This document shows positions 57,577 through 64,000 of a stretch of DNA of 64,000 nucleotides, one piece after another (position 1 is the stretch's first letter; each line of letters starts with the position of its first letter). The stretch covers positions 1,315,214-1,379,213 of the forward strand of contig CAXSZR010000001.1 in the NCBI GenBank assembly GCA_964242385.1, read 5' to 3'. This DNA comes from an uncultured Mucilaginibacter sp. (GTDB lineage Bacteria; Bacteroidota; Bacteroidia; Sphingobacteriales; Sphingobacteriaceae). A program made the position numbers and the translations under genes. Under the pieces are notes generated by a model. That model had not been told where the DNA came from. It did not search any database and saw only the letters and a list, made by a program, of their open reading frames with translations.

Positions 57577-58809
57577 TTACTTTATAGTTTCCAATAAAGA
57601 TTGATCCGTGTTTTCCTCAAGTTTTTCAACCATCATATCCAACAAATTTGATGCGATGCATCTACCGGTAAGCGTTAAGTTCAATCTTCCGTTTACAGTA
57701 ATTGAACTAATGGTTTGTGCGTTGGTATGTGCTGATAAGACAAAGGGTCCAAAAACTGATTTGATACTTAAATTTCCGAAATCGGTATTGTAGGGTAATT
57801 TTGTTAAATTAGAAAGTAAGAACTCATGTTTTGAGTTTTCCACCAAAATATTTACAATCGCAGAAGCTTCTAAGCCACTATAAAAAAGTTCCTGTATTGC
57901 CTGAACTCCGTTTTTGAAAAATGCTATCTTCTGAGAATCAGCAATTTTGCTGTTTAAGTTTACTGCAATTTGCCAAAAGTCATTTTCTTCAGCTTCGGTA
58001 TTGGTTATGACGGAGCCGAACAGCAAATTATATTCATCGCCTAAGTTCAATGATTTTCTGGCAGAAACAGGGTGAAGTATACGCACAGGATTTAATTGGT
58101 ATGACAATGATAATTGTCTTGCAGCAATAATGAGCGCCGCGCTAAGAATACCATGTATAGTGGTTTTTTTGTATTTAGAAACTTCAATAATTTTTTGTGT
58201 CAGTTCAGGGCTCAGGCACTTTACGTCGATTTCGATTTTATCAGAAGGTTGTGACAGATCTGCAATATCCACATTATCAAAGTCCAAAACGTCTTTTAAC
58301 GGGATGCCTACGATTTCATCGAATGAAAGTAATGGCTTTAGATCGGTAATAACATCGCCCGAAAGCGCCTTAAGCAAATCGCGTATGGCAAGGAGCGCGG
58401 ATAAGCCATCACCAATTGCATGATTTGAAATCCAAAAAAGTATCGTTTGCTGTCCGCGTTCAATCAAAACCACCCTTACAAGCGGCGCTTCGTTCAGCGT
58501 GAAAGGCTTGGTCATTTCATAACTAAGTATGTCAGGCCAATTTTGATCAGGTTCTATCTTAAGTAAGGTTATTGGTATAGAATGATCAGGCACATATTCA
58601 AAATGTGCATTGGTATAATGATTCCCGGCTATTTTGCAGGCGAGGTTGTGGTGCCTTTGCTGAACCGAATCAAGTGCACTTTGCCAATCGGCTAAGGAAG
58701 CGTGTCCCTCAATTTCAACCGCAATTGGAAAGTGCTGTAGCGTAATTTGATCCAAGAGATAAAATATTTTTTCACTTGTTCCTAATAATCTCTTTTCTGT
58801 GTATTCCAT
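57577..58809 (-). CDS. Stand-alone condensation-domain/CoA-dependent acyltransferase (PapA5-like)
   Basis: VQQRHHNL, EAPLVRVVL, SNHAIGDG (HHxxxDG variant), LSNL. Confidence 0.78.
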   Translation of the reverse strand: MEYTEKRLLGTSEKIFYLLDQITLQHFPIAVEIEGHASLADWQSALDSVQQRHHNLACKIAGNHYTNAHFEYVPDHSIPITLLKIEPDQNWPDILSYEMTKPFTLNEAPLVRVVLIERGQQTILFWISNHAIGDGLSALLAIRDLLKALSGDVITDLKPLLSFDEIVGIPLKDVLDFDNVDIADLSQPSDKIEIDVKCLSPELTQKIIEVSKYKKTTIHGILSAALIIAARQLSLSYQLNPVRILHPVSARKSLNLGDEYNLLFGSVITNTEAEENDFWQIAVNLNSKIADSQKIAFFKNGVQAIQELFYSGLEASAIVNILVENSKHEFLLSNLTKLPYNTDFGNLSIKSVFGPFVLSAHTNAQTISSITVNGRLNLTLTGRCIASNLLDMMVEKLEENTDQSLLETIK

Positions 58810-58858
58810 TCTTTACTTATTGATGTACAATTTTGGGCAGTTTTACATATTGCATTAA

Positions 58859-59935
58859 TTAAACGTTTTCAAGCAGGGCTTTTAAAAATTGCTCTTTCAC
58901 TTCTATATGCGGAATATGCTTGCAATTGTCAAATTCGATCAGTTTGCAGCCCGGGATTTTTTTAGCGGTTTGAGGGCCTAACTCGTTGTAGCGCCCATGT
59001 TTCTGCTGTTCTTCAGGGCTTAGGAGTGCCTTTCCAACAATAGTGTTATCTTCTTTTCCAATAAATAAGACGGTTGGAGCATTAATAAGGCCAAACTCAT
59101 AGCAAACCGGCTGCTCATAAATCATTTCATAAGTAAGTGCCACTACTTTAGCGTATCGCGGAAAATCTGCGCTCTTGTTTACATTGGCCCCTATATTCAC
59201 CAAATAATCATATTCAGGTTTCCATTGTGTGAAATAGGAGTTCTGATAATATTTTTTTACGCTTGCGAAGTTGTTTTTTAACTCCGTCTGATAGTCTTCT
59301 TCAGCGCTTTTATAAGGAACGAACGTGCGATAATCTTCAAGCCCGATCGGATCTTCAAGCAGTAGTTTTTCAACGGTAGACGGATACATTAAAGTAAAGC
59401 GAGTGGCCAGCATGCCTCCCATCGAATGGCCCAGTACCGTTATTTTTTGAATGCCTAACGTATCTAACAGCGTTTTGTTAAAATTTGCGAACTGATGAAA
59501 GCTGTAGTGAATAAATGGTTTTGACGATTTACCAAAGCCAATCTGATCGGGAACAACTACACGGTAGCCTTTCGCGCTTAGCGCATGAATGACATCAGTC
59601 CAATAATAACCTCCAAAATTTTTACCATGAAATAGAATTATGGCCTTGCCGTTCGGGTTTTCTGGTTTAACATCCATATAAGCCATACGTATATCCTGGC
59701 CTTCTATTCTTAAAGGTAGAAAATGGACCGGGTATGGGTATTTTACATTTTCAAGTGTGATGGACAGGCTGTCCTGTGCAACCGCATATTTAACCATTAA
59801 AAGCAGCAAAAGACTAAAAAAAAACTGCCTGTACAACCAATTGGACTTGAGGCTTGTAAAACGTATTTTATAGTTACCAAAGATTTTTATTTGGCTATAC
59901 GCCAAATTGGGATTCTCATTACTTAAGTGTGTCAT
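58859..59935 (-). CDS. Alpha/beta hydrolase, exported
   Basis: HGKNF, PDQIGFGKS, GHSMGG, HIPH. Start uncertain (59935 or later). Confidence 0.88.
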   Translation of the reverse strand: MTHLSNENPNLAYSQIKIFGNYKIRFTSLKSNWLYRQFFFSLLLLLMVKYAVAQDSLSITLENVKYPYPVHFLPLRIEGQDIRMAYMDVKPENPNGKAIILFHGKNFGGYYWTDVIHALSAKGYRVVVPDQIGFGKSSKPFIHYSFHQFANFNKTLLDTLGIQKITVLGHSMGGMLATRFTLMYPSTVEKLLLEDPIGLEDYRTFVPYKSAEEDYQTELKNNFASVKKYYQNSYFTQWKPEYDYLVNIGANVNKSADFPRYAKVVALTYEMIYEQPVCYEFGLINAPTVLFIGKEDNTIVGKALLSPEEQQKHGRYNELGPQTAKKIPGCKLIEFDNCKHIPHIEVKEQFLKALLENV

Positions 59936-60077
59936 ATGTTCAATTTTAATAATCAAGCGTTTTTTTAAATGATCTGAAAAGTAAATCAGATGATTTTTCA
60001 CACGATATAAATTCAATTTTGAAAAATCTATATCATATAATTTTGGTCAAATCTTATCTTCAACAATTTTTTAAAAA

Positions 60078-60091
60078 ATAACAATTGTTAA
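60078..60091. promoter_or_regulatory. 14-bp palindrome copy (ATAACAATTGTTAA)
   Basis: Intergenic, upstream of the hydrolase. Confidence 0.5.
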
Positions 60092-60130
60092 TTTTTAGCA
60101 ATCTCATCGTGATCTGTGGTTCGATTAATA

Positions 60131-61102
60131 TTATTCTTTCAATCTGTAAGCCAGCACCAGTGTTGCCCGGTAACCCTGAGTTCTGTTTACCGCATTAGTC
60201 TCCCACATATTTTTTACCTCAATGAACAGGCCGGTAGGAGTTACATATCCAAGGCCTGGGCCAACGGCAAAAACACGTTCGCGGGTATCAAGTATACCGT
60301 AATCATCCTGAAAATAATTCGTATTACCACCTTTGCTATCTTGTAAAAGTTGTCTGAGATAATAACCTGCAACTTCTGCCCTGAACCTGTTGAATAATTC
60401 ATATTCAAACGAATAATTCGCATTATAGAACCCACCTGCTTTTTCATCTGTTCCTATCTGGTTGAAATTATAGTTTAAGTATTGGCGCATGCTGACCGAA
60501 AAATGCTTTGCGGGTGAAATGGTGAACGTATAGTGCGGTGATATTGAATATGCGTGTGCACCAGGGTTAATTGCGTACCTACCCTGCCAAGCACCGACAG
60601 GTAAAGACACGTCGATTTCTAAACGATGATCTATTGGCATGCCGGCCAAGGTTGCATTAAACCATTGTATAAATGGGCCGGCAATGATGTCTCCGTTCAG
60701 ACCCGGATTAGTGGTAGCCGGTAAACCGGATTGATCGTTGGCGGAGATTTTGACAAAAGGAAATAAAACAGTTCCGCCTACATTACCACCTGCAAACTTC
60801 AACTTACTGATGTAGATCAGTTGCGGAATTGCAAGCAGAATACTTGTTCTGACACCCGAAGAAAGTTCTTTACCCTGACCGTTATAAGTTTTATTTGCGC
60901 TATAAAGCTGAGTAGTTTCGAGAAAATAAAAGCCAGTTCCGGGGGGCTTTCCGTCCTGCATGTTGGTTAAGCCGAGATTTGCGGCAGGAAGCTTTGGGTC
61001 CTGAGCACTGGAGGGCAAATATGTCAGCACTAGGATACCAGCGGTAAAAAAATGTTTGAACATTATACCCGAAATAAATTTAATAACTTTTTCGCTTTGC
61101 AT
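60131..61102 (-). CDS. Outer-membrane channel, phenol-degradation MetA/SphA-like transporter
   Basis: NLGLTNMQDGKPP, GDIIAGP, PVGAW, GYYLRQ, AVGPG. Start 61102 or 61063. Confidence 0.78.
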   Translation of the reverse strand: MQSEKVIKFISGIMFKHFFTAGILVLTYLPSSAQDPKLPAANLGLTNMQDGKPPGTGFYFLETTQLYSANKTYNGQGKELSSGVRTSILLAIPQLIYISKLKFAGGNVGGTVLFPFVKISANDQSGLPATTNPGLNGDIIAGPFIQWFNATLAGMPIDHRLEIDVSLPVGAWQGRYAINPGAHAYSISPHYTFTISPAKHFSVSMRQYLNYNFNQIGTDEKAGGFYNANYSFEYELFNRFRAEVAGYYLRQLLQDSKGGNTNYFQDDYGILDTRERVFAVGPGLGYVTPTGLFIEVKNMWETNAVNRTQGYRATLVLAYRLKE

Positions 61103-61139
61103 TGGTGGGCAAATGTCCAATCGGTAAAAAGCATAGGCA

Positions 61140-61153
61140 ATAACAATTGTTAA
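61140..61153. promoter_or_regulatory. 14-bp palindrome copy (ATAACAATTGTTAA)
   Basis: 37 nt upstream of ATG 61102. Confidence 0.55.
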
Positions 61154-61327
61154 GAAATCCAATTTATTTCCTACGATGGAATGATAAACTCACTTTACAG
61201 CCAGAATAAACTTTGTCACAACGGTGACTCTCCGGTTCAATACAATCTGTTATACTATGGTATCATTGTGTATCAACATGATAAACAGTCAGATTTATAG
61301 TCGGTATGATTGCTCAACCGATAATCA

Positions 61328-61816
61328 TCAAATGGGCAGGACAGTTGAGTATTTGACATCTTCGAGCACAAAAGAACTTTGAATTTTTCCAACATTACTG
61401 ATTGTTGCAAGTTTATTTGACGCGAAATCATTGTATGCGTCGAGGTCTGCGACAATAATTTTCAAAATAAAATCAAAAATTCCGCCCGTGAGATAACACT
61501 CTATGATCTCATCGATATCTTTTATCTTATTCCTGAACTGAGAAATATACTCCGCATTTTGGATATTTAACGATACTGCACAAAAAACCAGTAGTGGCAA
61601 ACCGATTTTTTTTCTGTCCAATATAGCTACGTATTTTGCTATATAACCAGCATTTTCGAGCAAAATAATCCGTTTGTAAATTGGCGCTTTTGTCATATTT
61701 AAGGTACGACAAAGATCAGCGATATCAAATTTAGCATTCTTTTGAAGGTGCCTTAATATTGATACGTCCGTCACATCTAAACCCGGTGGCAGAATTATTC
61801 TCTTTTCCTTTTCCAT
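61328..61816 (-). CDS. Lrp/AsnC family regulator
   Basis: LDVTDVSILRHLQKNA HTH, ECYLTGGIFDFILK. Confidence 0.9.
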   Translation of the reverse strand: MEKEKRIILPPGLDVTDVSILRHLQKNAKFDIADLCRTLNMTKAPIYKRIILLENAGYIAKYVAILDRKKIGLPLLVFCAVSLNIQNAEYISQFRNKIKDIDEIIECYLTGGIFDFILKIIVADLDAYNDFASNKLATISNVGKIQSSFVLEDVKYSTVLPI

Positions 61817-61934
61817 TATAAGTAACAAAAATAATATTAATCAAATTTTAATAAAAATAGAGACAAATTATTTAAATTAAAAATAATAGAGATACACATT
61901 ATCTAAAGCGCGAATTTTGGGCAAAAAATGCAAA

Positions 61935-62360
61935 ATGGATTTAAGCAATAAAAAATGTGTCATAATCATAAATGACACGCTTCCAATCGGAGTGGTGGCG
62001 AACATAGCAAGTGTACTTTCTATTACAATTGGCAATAAATTACCTGGCTTAGTTGGCCAGGATACACGGGATAGGCAAGGCATCTTGCATACAGGCTTAA
62101 CCCAATTGCCAATACCGATTCTTGGAGCTAATTTATCCAAATTGAAAGCTTTAGCAAACGAACTTGGGGAAACAAAAGAAGCACATGATTTATTTGTTGA
62201 CTTTACCGGTTTTGCTGCAAAGGCAAAGACATACACAGAATATCAATCACTCCTCCAAAATGCCGATGAAAATGAAATGGTTTATCATGGAATTGCCGTT
62301 CTCACTGATAAAAAAGCATTAAATAAACTCACAAAAGAATTAAAGTTAATCGGTAATTAG
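61935..62360 (+). CDS. DUF2000 family protein
   Basis: KCVIIIND.LP.GVVAN...H.GL..LPIPIL; divergent from the Lrp gene. Confidence 0.78.
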   Translation: MDLSNKKCVIIINDTLPIGVVANIASVLSITIGNKLPGLVGQDTRDRQGILHTGLTQLPIPILGANLSKLKALANELGETKEAHDLFVDFTGFAAKAKTYTEYQSLLQNADENEMVYHGIAVLTDKKALNKLTKELKLIGN

Positions 62361-62367
62361 TTGCCAT

Positions 62368-62778
62368 ATGTCGAGAAATTCGTATAGGAAAGAAGAGAGA
62401 TTTTTGAAAGATGTGGCGGAATGTCAATTTTTACGTTACTTAAATATCGGTTTGCAACTTCATGAACCTGGAATTGTGAAGGCTACCATGGTAACAGACA
62501 ATAATTATTTGCAACACCACGGTTATATCCATGGCGGAGTTATTACGACGCTTGCAGATAGTGTAGCAGGTTTTGCAGCAATTTCTATCACTCCGGATCA
62601 GTTTGAGGTAGTAACGGTTGAATTAAAAATTTCGTTTTTAAAACCCGGTAAAGGCAGAATTATAAGTGCTTTGGGCTGGGTCATTAAACCAGGCAATAAA
62701 TTTCATTTTTGTGAAGCAGAAATAAAATGTAACGATATAATCATTGCAAAGGCTTCAGCAACCATGGCTATTGTTTAA
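62368..62778 (+). CDS. PaaI family hot-dog thioesterase
   Basis: HGYIHGGVITTLAD, TVELKISFLKP. Confidence 0.88.
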   Translation: MSRNSYRKEERFLKDVAECQFLRYLNIGLQLHEPGIVKATMVTDNNYLQHHGYIHGGVITTLADSVAGFAAISITPDQFEVVTVELKISFLKPGKGRIISALGWVIKPGNKFHFCEAEIKCNDIIIAKASATMAIV

Positions 62779-62886
62779 TCTTCTTTAAACAGCTAATCAA
62801 ATTAAAAATCAATACAGCAGGGATATTATTTTTTGAATGCATACTGAAACTTGCATTCTTTATCCTATAAAATTTTTGATTATTAT

Positions 62887-63210
62887 TCAATAAATTTGTA
62901 TGTTCAGATCAGTTAAATGATCTTTATTAACGAAATAAACTAGTGTAGCGTTATCTTCTTTAAAATCCTTAAGAACAAATTTATGAGCAATTAACCATTG
63001 CAGTGTATTATAAATACTTGTTATACTAACGCTGCTGCACGAATGCATTAGATAAAGCTGAATCGTTACAATATCAGTGTAATCCGGTAACGATAAAATA
63101 TGTTCAATTATATAACGCTTTTTAGTTGTTAAGCTAAAACCATGATTGTGGCAATAATTATTGAACTCATCTGGAAACTTTGGTACAGGTTTATAGAAAT
63201 AATTATACAT
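62887..63210 (-). CDS. Short Fur-like winged-helix protein
   Basis: HGFSLTTKKRYII...VSITSIYNTLQWL; no C-terminal metal/dimer domain. Confidence 0.55.
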   Translation of the reverse strand: MYNYFYKPVPKFPDEFNNYCHNHGFSLTTKKRYIIEHILSLPDYTDIVTIQLYLMHSCSSVSITSIYNTLQWLIAHKFVLKDFKEDNATLVYFVNKDHLTDLNIQIY

Positions 63211-63274
63211 ATTTGAACCTTTAAGTTAGTGTTTTCGGTAGGTGCGAAAATCTAATTCTATATTGACGAAAAAA

Positions 63275-63288
63275 ATAACAAATGTTAA
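63275..63288. promoter_or_regulatory. 14-bp palindrome copy (ATAACAAATGTTAA)
   Basis: 64 nt upstream of the Fur-like gene. Confidence 0.5.
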
Positions 63289-63390
63289 TATAAACCTAAA
63301 GGAGTATAATAGAATCCGAATGGAAACGGATGATTTCCAGTTACAACATGTATTGACAAACATGGATTCCACATGTTCAGAATAAGTTTC

Positions 63391-64000
63391 TTAATCAAGT
63401 ATCTCAACCAGTTTGTATCCTTGTCCCCTGATACTCAGAATTTCAAGTGAAGGGTCATTTAACAGAAACTTACGCAGCCGCGTGATATAAACATCCATAC
63501 TCCGTGCGTTGAAACGATTGTCTTCGCCCCAAAGTTTTAATAAGGCGTCCCGTCGTTCCAACAAGTCATTTTTATTTTTAATAAGCAACAATAGCAGATC
63601 TGCTTCGCGCTGTGATAGAGATTTTTTACCATTTTTACCAACGATTTCCAGTCGTTTATAGCAAAACTTTGAGTTACCCAAAGAAAATAGTTCATCCCTC
63701 GTGTCGGAATCTAATCTATCGGTTTTTGCACGACGTATTAACCCTTTAATACGAAGAATCAATTCCTCCATGCTAAATGGCTTTTTCATGTAATCATCCG
63801 CGCCAAGCTCCAATCCTTTCAATACATCTTCACTTTGAATTTTTGCCGTAAGAAATATGATCGGCAAGCTTTTATTTATGATACGGATATCTCTAACCAA
63901 AGCAAACCCATCTTTTTTGGGAAGCATGACATCAATTATACAGATATCGGGCTTGAACGAATGATACATTTTCCATCCGTCAACACCGTCATTGGCTATC
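63391..64000 (-). CDS. OmpR-family response regulator, 5' end outside window
   Basis: Frame stays open to the edge (IANDGVDGWKM...). IIDVMLPKKDG, LTAK, KPF, SMDVYITRLRK, RGQGY. Confidence 0.92.
   Translation of the reverse strand, partial: IANDGVDGWKMYHSFKPDICIIDVMLPKKDGFALVRDIRIINKSLPIIFLTAKIQSEDVLKGLELGADDYMKKPFSMEELILRIKGLIRRAKTDRLDSDTRDELFSLGNSKFCYKRLEIVGKNGKKSLSQREADLLLLLIKNKNDLLERRDALLKLWGEDNRFNARSMDVYITRLRKFLLNDPSLEILSIRGQGYKLVEILD

Larger units (their letters stand above)
51895..64000. mobile_element. Probable tRNA-Val-integrated genomic island (left end; extends beyond window)
   Basis: tRNA 3' fragment at the boundary, visible AT increase, gene remnants and accessory cargo. No integrase inside the window. 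Confidence 0.55.

Noticed and set aside
1-64000. CRISPR array, IS/transposase, integrase, rRNA or intact tRNA
   Set aside because: By eye I found no regularly spaced 25-45 bp repeats, no transposase or integrase motifs and no complete cloverleaf.

Overview
Bacterial chromosome segment from the Bacteroidota, probably Sphingobacteriaceae (Mucilaginibacter/Pedobacter-like). This is inferred from gldC, TAnnTTTG promoter boxes, absence of Shine-Dalgarno motifs and gene content. About 1-51.9 kb is core-like: a porin-Rieske-imelysin operon, ccmB, a receptor-less CheR/CheB plus two hybrid kinases, gldC, cutC, glycosylasparaginase, a WYL regulator, pyrC, a DEAD helicase, ferritins, GH20/GH29, lysA, a type III PKS plus methyltransferase, DUF2723 and cysS. 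At 51895-51934 there is the 3' half of a tRNA-Val(TAC), which looks like an att site. To its right the DNA is visibly more AT-rich and carries gene remnants and accessory genes, so it is probably a genomic island continuing past the window end. Items the ORF track missed: an imelysin gene cut by the left window edge, a tatA paralogue, a 58-aa ORF, and GH43 and PepSY-like pseudogenes. Non-coding patterns: a 14-bp palindrome (ATAACAWWTGTTAA) upstream of four island genes, a WYL-type operator, 10-bp-phased TTAAC boxes, and three orphan minus-strand terminators that may end small RNAs. I saw no CRISPR array, rRNA, intact tRNA, transposase or integrase. All family calls come from motif recognition by eye, not database searches.
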